The notes below the pieces were generated by a model that saw nothing but the letters and a program-made list of their open reading frames with translations, ran no database searches and had not been told where the DNA came from. This document shows positions 1-9,794 of a stretch of DNA of 64,000 bases, piece after piece. How positions within the stretch are numbered: the first letter of the stretch is position 1; every line of letters begins with the position of its first letter. Source of the DNA: Sphingobacteriaceae bacterium (GTDB lineage Bacteria > Bacteroidota > Bacteroidia > UBA7662); the NCBI GenBank assembly GCA_013824115.1, contig PNNG01000022.1:14610-78609 (forward strand). The letters run 5' to 3'. The translations under genes and the position numbers were made by a program.

Positions 1-3000
1 TCCTAGGCTTTGATTGCTGGTGGTCCAGCCGGTATTGTTTGGATTGGTATTCACCCTGTAAATGGAAGCTGTTTGGCTTACGTTGGCTATGCCTGCACCA
101 CTCCAAACCGAGGCAGGAATATTGAGATTGGCAGGAAAAAGAAAGCCATTGGTGGCAACTGCTGTGAGATAACGCTGCGAGGCAACCGTGTCGAGTAAAG
201 TAATACCATTAAATCCTCCCGATTGCAGGTCGAAGATAAAAGGTGAAACGTAAAACACATTTCCAATATTTGGAGCAGGAGTGTTGCTCACAACAATGAA
301 AATTTGTGACAGTGGCGGCATGATGATGCTAGGAAGAGGGATATTCCAATTTTGACTGCCCGAAAAAAGTCGAATGACGATGCCATGGGTCATTAAACTG
401 TCTCTGCCTGTGTTGGTGATCTCATAAACATCGGCAATACTTGCGTTGGTGATGTTCAATCCAGCCGGTAGGCTGGCAACTGGCTGGAAACCACTACCAC
501 CGGGAAGGTGTAATACTTCGGTGAGTTGAATGGCAGAGCGGTCCCGGCCGGTACTTCTTGCACGCAATAGTACCGAGTCACCAGCATTTATAAAGGTGTC
601 GTTGCTGGCAATGACATTTAAACGGCGACCATGGAAGAAGGGTAATCTAATGGTGTCGCTTACATTATTGTTGAAATCGCGTGCCAACACCCGGAGCAAT
701 CCTGAACTTCTTTCATTGGCCAAATTGAGCGAATAAATGCCATCTAAATTATTGCCACTGGCTCTCTGCATTACCCGTTGCACCAACCCGTTGGAGCTTT
801 CAATAAAGAGCAAAACTTCTAAAACCCCACTGCCCGCAGCTGTATCTTGCGCCCGCACACTCAGCCAACGTTGACCATTGGCGCAGTCCAAATCATTGAA
901 ATTGGGGGCTAATTGAAGTTCGGAAAGTATCGGGCGCACAACATCGGTGGAATCATTACCACTGATACGGATGGTGAAGGTATCGGAGGATGCGCAAACT
1001 CCACTATTGGCTTGCAAGCTAATTTGGTAGGTGCCACCTGCCATAGGAGGCCTTGAAGCCTCACGCCCATTGCCCTGGAGAATTCCGCCCCACTGGTAAT
1101 GAATACTTGGTTTGCGGTTGCTCGACAGGTTGTTGAAACCGAGATTACCCGGATTGTTAACCCCAATGGCACGCCAATTGGTGACACAATTCATATCCAA
1201 ACCATCTAGCTTAAAACCTCCAACCGAGAATGTAAAAGGAATAGGATTTCCTGTCCAGGTGCCTGGAACAATGTTTACCACTGAATTAAAAAATCGCTGG
1301 AAATAGATAGCATCTACTACGCGGCTTCGGTCGGGCGTTATCAGCATGATACCATTGTTTTCGCCAAAGAGGTTTGATGTCATATTTGCATAGGTAAAAT
1401 AGTGATTGTTTACCTGTGCTGAGTTTGTAGCACCTTCCGTAATCAAAATAACCGCTCCGGGTGGAACGAGGTAAGGAGTAGGGAAAAGCATGGTGTCGTT
1501 GGCCTGAATGCGCAGGCGGTATCCCGATAAATCCAAAGTGTCGCTACCGTAGTTGGTCAATTCGAGGTAGGCGTTGTTTTGGCTATTGGCATGTGGGGGG
1601 AAAACGGTTGTAAAGCCGGTAGCTGCTCTTTGGTAGCCAAATTCAGAAATGGCAATGGTGATAATCCCAGGTATGTGGGCCTTTGCCCGTATGCCGTGTT
1701 GTGTGCTAACTACCGAATTGGCTGAAATGCTGGCAATAAGCGCATAGTTGTGGTAATAGGCCCACTGGTTGGAGTATTGAACGTTACCTGCACTGTCGCT
1801 TGCTATAAGACTGGCCATGGCATAACGCAAATTGGTATCAACAGGTACCATTGCCGTCCATGTGCCTAGCTGCTGATTCCCTGAACTTAATGCTAATGGA
1901 ATTCTTAGTGCAGCCAATCCATTCCACAGTGATAATTCCACGCGCGAAACACCGCTACCTGTATCGGCTACCTGAACACTGAATTGCCTTGTTTGTCCCA
2001 GACATGCAAAAGCACTGGTGTCGAATTGTACTTGTGATATCACGGGTGGCAAAGCATCAACGCTAAAACTGCTTTGCACTTGGTAAGCACCAATGTCGGC
2101 TGGTGAACGCAAAACGTTGTTTAAATCTAAAGTTGCAATACCCGGCAAGGTAAGTGGGATGGCATTTGATTTTACATGACTGGCTGCCCTGGCACCAGGC
2201 ATGGCAGCACTTGGTACCAATACATCCAAATTCCCGGCTAATTCAAATGATACTCGTTCTTGCTGCCGGCCGGGTATGGCCATTTTGTTTCGCCAATTAT
2301 TCAACCCACGAATGGCGATAGTATCTTGCTCCCAATAATAAGGGAAGGTTCTGGCTGAATCAAGCAGGTACAAATTGTGCCCTATGGTGGTGCTGTCGAA
2401 AATTTGATTGGTGCGGTTGGTGTACAAGAATAGCCCACCTTTAAATCGCTGTGGGTTGCCTTTTAAATCGAAGCCAAACACATTGTTTTGGATGATTAAT
2501 TCCTTCATAGGCTGCATTGCAAAGCCGTAAAACCTATTGGAGCAATTTCCAAAATAACTGCCACTTACTAAGACAGTGTTATGAAGAAATTGTACCCATT
2601 CTCTTTGAACAGAGTTGAGGTTTAAGGTTTGAATCAGATACCACTCTTTCACGGAAGCGCCTGTTGAATCGGTTCTGTTCACAGGCAATCGTAGCTTTTC
2701 GATGAGATTCCCTACCATGATGAGACTATCGAAAGTAGATTCAAGACGTACAATAGATGCTCTTCTTACGGTAGTACGATTGGCATCAGAAAATAGGGCT
2801 TCGTAACCGATATTGCTAAATACGTTATTCAGTACTTGCGTTTTCCTTACTGCATTTCTCACCGTAATCATGGAGAAATTAAAGCGGCTATTCAAAAAGG
2901 TGACGTTTCGAAACGTATTGCGTTGAATAACAACATCCCAGGTCTGATTTAATGAAACTAATTCATTCACCGCTGTAGTGGTAATAGTACTGTCTCCGAA

Positions 3001-6000
3001 AGTATTACCATCTATCCACCCGTTTCGGATGTTAGTGAACCTGATAGCAATACTGTAATTAAGGAATTCACAACCCGAAATAATAAGCTGTTGGGTGTAT
3101 GATGTAGCTTGTATACCCACCAGGGTATTGCTGGGGTGCAATGCCACAAAACGAACCTGTGATATGAAAATATTAGGATTCTGCATGAAGTTTTGTAAGC
3201 TTATGGCACCACTTCCTGCGCTTCCGTTTTGTTCCCAGGTCAATGATCCATTGCCTTGAATATCTCGTCCAATGATTCTTAAATGACCTGCAGTTTGCAC
3301 CTGAAACATCCATTTGTTGGCCGTTTGATCGCGAATGATAACGTGCTTCCCTAAATCAGGGCGGATGGTTATGGATAAAGATGTATCCACCATGGTGTAG
3401 TTCAACAATTGCAGTCCAGCAGCACTGATATCATACACACTATCAGTAAGTAAGAGGGTGACAGATCGCCGAATGGTATTTTGCGAAAGAGCCGTCATGG
3501 CATCATACAAATTGGAGATTTCACCTAGACTTCCAACCCGAATGGTGCTTCCCAAAATATTGCTGGCCACAAAGCTTAAGGGTTGGGCAGGGGGTACACT
3601 GATACTTCCACCTTCGGGGTAAGTCAACCAATTTCCGCCAGGCAAACGATAGGCATAGTAATATTCGATGCGTGCCGGACCCACCAAAGTACTATCCAAC
3701 AAACCATATACTAAGTTCAGCCGGTAGCGGTTGTTTCCGATAAAAAGTGACGGAACGCTGGCCCATTGTGTTTGATTTACGCCCTTGTAAAACAATCTGA
3801 TTTCGGCGGTATCGCCGGCCTGCGCAGGCAAGTATTGAACGATGGCAGTTCTTTGCGATGTGGCCACCGTATCTGACAAAGCACGCGCCAAGAAAAGGGG
3901 ACGGGTGATGTTAACAGCTTCATAGGCACCCAAATCAGAGGCGGGCAACTGTCGCTGCCGACCGGTAATATCAGTGCTTACCGCACTACTTGTGTTCGAC
4001 CAGCGGCTGTTAAGAGGCTGGTTGATGCGGTAACCCTGCACACTATCGAGCTCAAAAGGCATGGTGAACGATTGAGCATCCCAATTAGAAAAGGCACCCA
4101 TGCCTGTTGGACCTTGAGGGTTCAATTGCACATAGGTGTTTTGCTCAGGAAGGCTATATAGGTTATGATTAACTTGAATTGAGTTAGGAAGCGATTCGGT
4201 GGCTACCATGAAAAATCTGCCGGCGGCAATAGGACCGAGGGGCTTCCATTGGAATAAATTGTTGACTACGCTGCAATTATTGTAGGAAGTTGGAAAGAAG
4301 GCGTTAAAATGAATGACTCCCCATGGGGTGGTGCCAGGCAAGCTGTCGTTGGTTAGCAGTACATTGTTGTGCTCAAATTGAATAGAGTTAGGCAGGTTAT
4401 TTGATGTGCTTACTCCTACAAACAACAAGGAACTGGGCTGTTGCAAATGCAGGCGCACGACGTTGTTGGCGAATAAATTAGGCAGGTTATTTGACGCCCT
4501 TGGAGAAGAAGTAATGCGCATACAATGACCGTTGGTCACCACGTTGAGCTGGTTGTTGGTTATGGTAAAACCAGGTGAAAAAAAGTGCACCATTTGGTCG
4601 AACCCACTTCCTCGTTGGCTGCTTTTAATCACTACATTGTTCCTAAACGTAAAATTGGTTACCCTCGAAAGGCTATAAATGCCTCCAACTTGCGCTGTTA
4701 TGCGCGACGAATCGATACGTATGTTTTGTGCCGAACCAGAAGTATTTCCATTGAAAGAAAAAGCATAAGCGCCACCTGTGATGTCGCATTGCACCATGCT
4801 TAAATCGCGTACATCGTTGGTGAAAATGTTGCCCTGGCTATCAAAAGGTTCATTGTATGGATTGGAGACTACCTCTGATTTACATCCTCGAATGTGCCAT
4901 TGACGGCAATTCAACAGATTGATTACACCCGTACTTCCGGATGCTTGAATACCTGCTCTCCGAAGGGTGAGATTACTTAATTGTACAAAATTGGCGTTAT
5001 TGGCACCCACAACCGGGCCAGCGGCGCTTATTATAATCACACTATCGGCCACGCCAGCTTTTGACCGGATGTGCAATTGTCGAAGGGTATCGAGCATGGC
5101 GTTTGCACTTAGAGAAATGCCAGCGTTGTAAATCCCATTTTCTATCTCCAACACCACATTTCCGTCTATCCCTGCTTGCTCAATGAAGTTTATGGCATCC
5201 TGTAGCTGCACAAAATCGCTGTTAGGATACCCTACGCTATATGTTCCCGCGGCCAAACGCGTTCGTAAAATGTGAAAAACACTATCATTTCCAGGGGAAG
5301 TATCCATTTGGCCATTGGGCATAGAAGTCCATACCCGCAAAGAATCACTGCTTCGCTGCTGGAGCGTAATAGAGTCTGCAAATTGATATTCGAAACTTTG
5401 TCCGGGAAGCACTGTGCCTGTCCATATCGCTGTCGCAGCTTGGCTACCAAACCGCCAGTCTACATTTAACTGTCGCAACGTATCGGCTGATAAATTGCGA
5501 ATCTGGATGCGGATGGGGTACTTGCCAGCGCCAAGTCTATTTTCTTGTGGCGATAACAGGTTCAGAAGTGCAACATTTGGTCCTGTGGGTACAAGCACAT
5601 CAAATCCCAGGTTCAGCTGCAGATTGTCGAGCGTACCCGTCGTAGCAGTAAGCTGATTGCTGAACAATCGTCTCCCCGTTTTGCTGGAAGATGTGGCATT
5701 AAAGGTATTGTTTGCACCCGTTGAGCTGATTTCTACCACCAAAGGCAAGGTGTGGTTGTATTGAAAGGGCAGGTCTAGGGGAATAAGCACGTACGAACCT
5801 ATTACGTTTGCTGGGCTAAAGCTGCGCTGGGCTTGGGGCAACAGTACAGCTTGCAAACTGTCGAAAAACTGATTGGAAGCAAAAGTGTGGCTGCTAGTCT
5901 GACCCATTTTGATAACGAGGTCGTTCACCGTGAGGTTTAAAATGCTTAGCCCTAATCCCCTAACGTAAAGGTGCGTAATGAACCCGCTTTGGGTATTGCC

Positions 6001-6177
6001 AACAAAATCGGTTGGTAAATAAATGGTTTGCATTTTGCGCACAGTGGTCCCCATACTCATGGGATGTTGCAAAATTTGAGTGCCAATAGGATTGGGGGTG
6101 ACCTGCTGCGCTTTCAAAACTGGATGCACCAACAAACCAATGCATAAAATAATGAAGTAAAATCTCCTTACCAACAT
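1..6177 (-). CDS. Giant secreted surface protein, N-terminal ~2059 codons (C-terminus beyond window start); beta-helix-like repeats plus two LTD-like segments
   Basis: Own translation. ATG at 6177 gives MLVRRFYFIILCIGLLVHPVLKAQQ (signal peptide). The frame is open to base 1; I spot-checked 6061-6177, 4801-4860 and 1-60. It is absent from the ORF track because no stop lies in the window, and no competing long ORF occurs between 1306 and 4585. LTD-like stretches: ISEFGY...AYLELTNYGSDTLDLSGYRL (about 1330-1660) and IQLTEVLHLPGG...VYEITNTGRDSL (about 250-535). Confidence 0.8.
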   Translation of the reverse strand, partial: MLVRRFYFIILCIGLLVHPVLKAQQVTPNPIGTQILQHPMSMGTTVRKMQTIYLPTDFVGNTQSGFITHLYVRGLGLSILNLTVNDLVIKMGQTSSHTFASNQFFDSLQAVLLPQAQRSFSPANVIGSYVLIPLDLPFQYNHTLPLVVEISSTGANNTFNATSSSKTGRRLFSNQLTATTGTLDNLQLNLGFDVLVPTGPNVALLNLLSPQENRLGAGKYPIRIQIRNLSADTLRQLNVDWRFGSQAATAIWTGTVLPGQSFEYQFADSITLQQRSSDSLRVWTSMPNGQMDTSPGNDSVFHILRTRLAAGTYSVGYPNSDFVQLQDAINFIEQAGIDGNVVLEIENGIYNAGISLSANAMLDTLRQLHIRSKAGVADSVIIISAAGPVVGANNANFVQLSNLTLRRAGIQASGSTGVINLLNCRQWHIRGCKSEVVSNPYNEPFDSQGNIFTNDVRDLSMVQCDITGGAYAFSFNGNTSGSAQNIRIDSSRITAQVGGIYSLSRVTNFTFRNNVVIKSSQRGSGFDQMVHFFSPGFTITNNQLNVVTNGHCMRITSSPRASNNLPNLFANNVVRLHLQQPSSLLFVGVSTSNNLPNSIQFEHNNVLLTNDSLPGTTPWGVIHFNAFFPTSYNNCSVVNNLFQWKPLGPIAAGRFFMVATESLPNSIQVNHNLYSLPEQNTYVQLNPQGPTGMGAFSNWDAQSFTMPFELDSVQGYRINQPLNSRWSNTSSAVSTDITGRQRQLPASDLGAYEAVNITRPLFLARALSDTVATSQRTAIVQYLPAQAGDTAEIRLFYKGVNQTQWASVPSLFIGNNRYRLNLVYGLLDSTLVGPARIEYYYAYRLPGGNWLTYPEGGSISVPPAQPLSFVASNILGSTIRVGSLGEISNLYDAMTALSQNTIRRSVTLLLTDSVYDISAAGLQLLNYTMVDTSLSITIRPDLGKHVIIRDQTANKWMFQVQTAGHLRIIGRDIQGNGSLTWEQNGSAGSGAISLQNFMQNPNIFISQVRFVALHPSNTLVGIQATSYTQQLIISGCEFLNYSIAIRFTNIRNGWIDGNTFGDSTITTTAVNELVSLNQTWDVVIQRNTFRNVTFLNSRFNFSMITVRNAVRKTQVLNNVFSNIGYEALFSDANRTTVRRASIVRLESTFDSLIMVGNLIEKLRLPVNRTDSTGASVKEWYLIQTLNLNSVQREWVQFLHNTVLVSGSYFGNCSNRFYGFAMQPMKELIIQNNVFGFDLKGNPQRFKGGLFLYTNRTNQIFDSTTIGHNLYLLDSARTFPYYWEQDTIAIRGLNNWRNKMAIPGRQQERVSFELAGNLDVLVPSAAMPGARAASHVKSNAIPLTLPGIATLDLNNVLRSPADIGAYQVQSSFSVDALPPVISQVQFDTSAFACLGQTRQFSVQVADTGSGVSRVELSLWNGLAALRIPLALSSGNQQLGTWTAMVPVDTNLRYAMASLIASDSAGNVQYSNQWAYYHNYALIASISANSVVSTQHGIRAKAHIPGIITIAISEFGYQRAATGFTTVFPPHANSQNNAYLELTNYGSDTLDLSGYRLRIQANDTMLFPTPYLVPPGAVILITEGATNSAQVNNHYFTYANMTSNLFGENNGIMLITPDRSRVVDAIYFQRFFNSVVNIVPGTWTGNPIPFTFSVGGFKLDGLDMNCVTNWRAIGVNNPGNLGFNNLSSNRKPSIHYQWGGILQGNGREASRPPMAGGTYQISLQANSGVCASSDTFTIRISGNDSTDVVRPILSELQLAPNFNDLDCANGQRWLSVRAQDTAAGSGVLEVLLFIESSNGLVQRVMQRASGNNLDGIYSLNLANERSSGLLRVLARDFNNNVSDTIRLPFFHGRRLNVIASNDTFINAGDSVLLRARSTGRDRSAIQLTEVLHLPGGSGFQPVASLPAGLNITNASIADVYEITNTGRDSLMTHGIVIRLFSGSQNWNIPLPSIIMPPLSQIFIVVSNTPAPNIGNVFYVSPFIFDLQSGGFNGITLLDTVASQRYLTAVATNGFLFPANLNIPASVWSGAGIANVSQTASIYRVNTNPNNTGWTTSNQSLG

Positions 6178-6299
6178 ACGATTAACTCAAAATCGAAAGA
6201 TAAATGGCAAATGTTAAACCGACAAGTCAAACAAACAATTTGTGCATTTATTTTTTGTGACCTTAAAGCAAGAAGCTGCAAGTAAAAAGATCACCCTGC

Positions 6300-7871
6300 T
6301 CACAAGGATGTTTGGAGCACCAAATCCGCCCCCTTTTCAGCTATCATTACCGTGGCAGCCTGGGTATTGCCGCTTACTATTTGCGGCATAATGCTGGCAT
6401 CTATAATGCGTACGCCTTTCAGGCCATGCACGCGTAATTGAGCGTCTACTACTGCATTTTCATCCTGGCCCATGCGGCAGCTGCCTACCGGGTGGTACAG
6501 CAGTTCCACCGTTTGTCGCAGGTAGTTTTCTATGTCGTGGTCGCTTTGCAAACGGTGTTGCGGCATAAAAAGCATTTGTCGGTACGGCTTAAAGGGCTCT
6601 GCTTCCATGATTTCCATGGCGCGTTTGAATCCTTCACGAAGGCTTACCAAATCTTCGGGCTGACTGAACACATGCGGGTCGATGACCGGAAGGTGTGGAT
6701 TGCGTGGATGCGCACGGACTGTTCCGCGTGATTTGGGTTGCAGCAAGATGGGGGCCAGCGACATGCCGTTGCCTTTGGGCGTGCTAAAACCATGGTCCAC
6801 AAAAAAGGCCGGGGCAAAGTGGAGTTGAATATCGGGGGCATCAAGGCCCTCGCGGGTACGGAGAAAGCCACCGCCTTCGGCCACATTCGAAGTAAATGGC
6901 CCGCGCCTACTGATCAGCCAACGGAGCAGGTTCCAAGGGGTATCGGCCCCATCGAGCGAAGCACCTTTGGGTACTCTGTAAATGAGGGGCACCACCGGAT
7001 GGTCGTGCAAATTGTAACCCACTCCGGGCAGTTCAAGCTGCACTTTTACCCCCAAACGTTCTAAACAGCCTATTTCGCCTATGCCGCTGCGGTTGAGTAG
7101 GAGGGGACTGTGATAAGCTCCGGCGGAAATAATCACCTCGCGTTGGGCACGGATGGTTTGCATTTTGCCGTGCAGCAGCACTTCCACGCCCACCACCTGA
7201 TGGCCTTTCAATACCAGACGTTCTACTTTGACCCCGGTTTTAATGGTCAAATTACTACGGCCCTGGGCAGGTAAAAGGTAGGCGTGCGCAGGCGAATGAC
7301 GGGCCCCTTGGTGTTGGTTTACCTGGTGAATACCCACGCCTTCGTCGGCAGCGCCATTCATGTCTTCGAGCATCGGTAGTTGGCAGGCTTGCCCTGCTTC
7401 GAGATAGCGGTAGGTAAGGGGATGGACTTCCTGCAGGTTGGCGATGTGCCAGGGTCCCGATTGGCTGTGGTAAGGTGCCTCCAGCTGGGCGTTGTTTTCG
7501 GCGCGCAGGAAGTACGGAAGCACCTCCTCATACGACCAGCCTTCATTGCCAGCAGCGGCCCAGCTATCAAAATCGCTGCGGTGACCGCGGATATAAATCA
7601 TGGCATTGATGCTGCCCGATCCGCCCAGGGTTTTGCCTCTAGGGGTAAACAGCCTGCGATCGAGTGCATGTTCCTGGGGTTCGGTATAAAAGCCATAATC
7701 GACTTTGCTTTTGAAAAGCTTCGGAAATGCGGCCGGAATGCGAATAAAGGGATGGCTATCAGCACCGCCTGCTTCCAGCAACAACACTTTTATATCTGTT
7801 GCCGCGCTTAGCCTGTTGGCCAACACACAACCTGCCGAACCGGCACCGATGATGATGTAGTCGAACTCCAT
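6300..7871 (-). CDS. GMC-family FAD oxidoreductase (choline-dehydrogenase-like)
   Basis: 523 aa. N-terminal FAD motif DYIIIGAGSAGCVLANRLS. GMC-type length and C-terminal HPVGSCRMG-type active-site region. Confidence 0.85.
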   Translation of the reverse strand: MEFDYIIIGAGSAGCVLANRLSAATDIKVLLLEAGGADSHPFIRIPAAFPKLFKSKVDYGFYTEPQEHALDRRLFTPRGKTLGGSGSINAMIYIRGHRSDFDSWAAAGNEGWSYEEVLPYFLRAENNAQLEAPYHSQSGPWHIANLQEVHPLTYRYLEAGQACQLPMLEDMNGAADEGVGIHQVNQHQGARHSPAHAYLLPAQGRSNLTIKTGVKVERLVLKGHQVVGVEVLLHGKMQTIRAQREVIISAGAYHSPLLLNRSGIGEIGCLERLGVKVQLELPGVGYNLHDHPVVPLIYRVPKGASLDGADTPWNLLRWLISRRGPFTSNVAEGGGFLRTREGLDAPDIQLHFAPAFFVDHGFSTPKGNGMSLAPILLQPKSRGTVRAHPRNPHLPVIDPHVFSQPEDLVSLREGFKRAMEIMEAEPFKPYRQMLFMPQHRLQSDHDIENYLRQTVELLYHPVGSCRMGQDENAVVDAQLRVHGLKGVRIIDASIMPQIVSGNTQAATVMIAEKGADLVLQTSL

Positions 7872-8053
7872 GGTTTGAATTTACGTGCTCTATTTGGCAA
7901 TTGCAAAAAAGTGCATGGAAGCGGTTAGCTCTTGAGAAACAGCACGAATTTCCTTGCGAAGTTGAAATGGAGATGCTGCTTTTGGCTGGTTTGGTTCACG
8001 CCTTTACTTTGCGCTTTTTGCCTAACTTTAGCTAACCAATATAAATCAAAACC

Positions 8054-8233
8054 ATGGCTAAACACAACGAAAGCGCTTCAGGTGGCGCATTTTACGGATT
8101 AGGTTTTATAGGAGCCGCTGTGTACTTCATTGGCAAATCAACGGGCTTTGTAGGCGGACTGCTCGGATTCCTCAAAGCTTTGGTGTGGCCGGCATTCTTA
8201 ATTTATGAAGCCTTGAAGGCTTTAAAGGTGTAG
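8054..8233 (+). CDS. Small hydrophobic membrane protein (59 aa)
   Basis: Found by eye, below the track cut-off. Sequence: MAKHNESASGGAFYGLGFIGAAVYFIGKSTGFVGGLLGFLKALVWPAFLIYEALKALKV. Two predicted TM segments. It fills an otherwise empty intergenic gap. Confidence 0.45.
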   Translation: MAKHNESASGGAFYGLGFIGAAVYFIGKSTGFVGGLLGFLKALVWPAFLIYEALKALKV

Positions 8234-8241
8234 CGCTTCAA

Positions 8242-8868
8242 TTACTCCATCAACCCCTTGCCCCGCAAAATAGCATCGGCGCTTTTGGCGATGCGGGCGG
8301 CTCGGGTGGTGCTTTGTTTGGCCTGACTGAAATGCAGCAAATAACCGCGCTGTCGCCCAGGGGTGAGGGCATAGAAAGCTCTTTCGAGCCCGGGCATATC
8401 CTGGAATGCAGCGACAAACTCTTCGGGTAGCTCCACCTTTACTGCTTGGCGTTCCACTTTTTTACCAGCTGCCGTATAAGCGATGGCCTGTTGCGCAAAA
8501 TCGAGAATGGCCTCGGTGGCGTCTACGATTTGGTCGATATGGGTGAAGCGTAGGAGGCGGTCGACCTGGCTGTTTTCACCTGCTTTTTGCAAGATGCCTG
8601 CCGGGTCGTTCAACAACGCACCATTCAAAAAGCTGATGCTAACGCTTTCTTTGAGCGCCCCAAAGAGCACCACGTTTTTGCCATTGAGGGTGTAGCAAGG
8701 AACGCCCCATTTCACTTCTTCGGTAAGCTCGGTCGATTGCATGATGGCACGCAACACCTCCAGTTCGGTGCGCCAGCGGTTGACTTTGCAGGCAGGACTG
8801 TCGAACAATTCGCAACGACCGCAGCCGCGCAGCAGGTAGGTATCAACGGTATCGGGGAGGCGACTCAT
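8242..8868 (-). CDS. YdeI/OmpD-associated family protein (DUF1801-like N-terminus)
   Basis: 208 aa. C-terminal FYALTPGRQRGYLLHFSQAKQSTTRAARI is typical of the YdeI family. Confidence 0.65.
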   Translation of the reverse strand: MSRLPDTVDTYLLRGCGRCELFDSPACKVNRWRTELEVLRAIMQSTELTEEVKWGVPCYTLNGKNVVLFGALKESVSISFLNGALLNDPAGILQKAGENSQVDRLLRFTHIDQIVDATEAILDFAQQAIAYTAAGKKVERQAVKVELPEEFVAAFQDMPGLERAFYALTPGRQRGYLLHFSQAKQSTTRAARIAKSADAILRGKGLME

Positions 8869-8877
8869 GATTCAAAG

Positions 8878-8941
8878 CTAAGGAAAATGCGAGGAGGGAA
8901 GAAGGAAGGGAGAAGCAGGAAGTGAGAGGGAGGGAAGAAGC
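8878..8941. repeat. Polypurine/polypyrimidine tract of about 60 nt
   Basis: aggaaaatgcgaggagggaagaaggaagggagaagcaggaagtgagagggagggaagaag is almost exclusively A/G on the plus strand. It lies immediately upstream (minus sense) of the 8868 start. Confidence 0.8.
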
Positions 8942-9032
8942 TAGTGTGGATGCTCAAAAATGGTAAAAGCAAGCGCGTCTTTGTTTCTAGTGCTACGGCT
9001 TACCCCTAATGCCGCAAAGCGAGATCTTCTTC

Positions 9033-9129
9033 CAGAGACGCAGTCTCATCACCAGCGCTTCAGCGCATTGCCAGAGGCGCAAGCCTCATTAACAGCGCGA
9101 AGCGCATCACCAAAGGCGAAGCCTCATCC
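9033..9129. repeat. 39-bp tandem repeat, about 2.5 copies, each unit with two short GC hairpins
   Basis: Unit 1 (9033-9071): cagagacgcagtctcatcaccagcgcttcagcgcattgc. Unit 2 (9072-9110): cagaggcgcaagcctcattaacagcgcgaagcgcatcac. Partial third unit: caaaggcgaagcctcatcc. Hairpins are of the types gagac-gca-gtctc and agcgc-ttc/gaa-gcgc. Confidence 0.8.
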
Positions 9130-9794
9130 TAAAATTTCTGTCGGTGCCCAAAAGTCACCACATAAGCCGTAGCCGGACGGGTAGTATTTAATGCCTTTTC
9201 CTCAAACAATCCAATTTCCCAACGGTGGCGCTTGTTTTGATCCCAAGCCAATGAACCACTGATACGCCGGTTTTGCACGCCATTCAAGGCAGGTGAGAGG
9301 GGTTGCCAATATTCGGCTCCCAGATTGGCCGTGAGTTTTTTGGGCAAATCGAAGTTCAAAGTCGCTTTGTGCCGCAAAAAATCGCTGTTGCGGGTGTCGG
9401 CATTGCCTAAGGCCAAGTCGGTAAATTGGTATTGGTAGCGCAGGCGGTAACTTAAGTCAATTTTTTTGTGCAGGCGCTGGCTGTATTTTACATCGGCGAA
9501 AAAGCGGTTGCGCACATCCCAAAAGTAGGTTTGGTTGCGCCACGAAAGCCGGTAGGCTGCGCTTAATTCAAGGCGCTTAACGGGACTGTAAGTAAGGCTT
9601 AAATCGGTCAAAAGTCGGTGAATTTGACTGTAATTCTGGTTGAGTCGCATTTCGGGCGACAATTCGGCTTCCCATTTTTTGTTGATTTTGTATTTGGCAG
9701 TATAGCCCAGCCATGCACCGGCATCGGGTACTTGGGCCGAAATTTTCAATGCAATGAGCAATAGCCAACCAAAAACAAACCAGCCTTTGCTCAT
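9129..9794 (-). CDS. DUF2490-like outer-membrane beta-barrel protein
   Basis: 221 aa with a signal peptide (WLLLIALKISAQ). Alternating beta-strand pattern rich in aromatic/Arg residues. 4-nt overlap with the upstream gene. Confidence 0.55.
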   Translation of the reverse strand: MSKGWFVFGWLLLIALKISAQVPDAGAWLGYTAKYKINKKWEAELSPEMRLNQNYSQIHRLLTDLSLTYSPVKRLELSAAYRLSWRNQTYFWDVRNRFFADVKYSQRLHKKIDLSYRLRYQYQFTDLALGNADTRNSDFLRHKATLNFDLPKKLTANLGAEYWQPLSPALNGVQNRRISGSLAWDQNKRHRWEIGLFEEKALNTTRPATAYVVTFGHRQKF

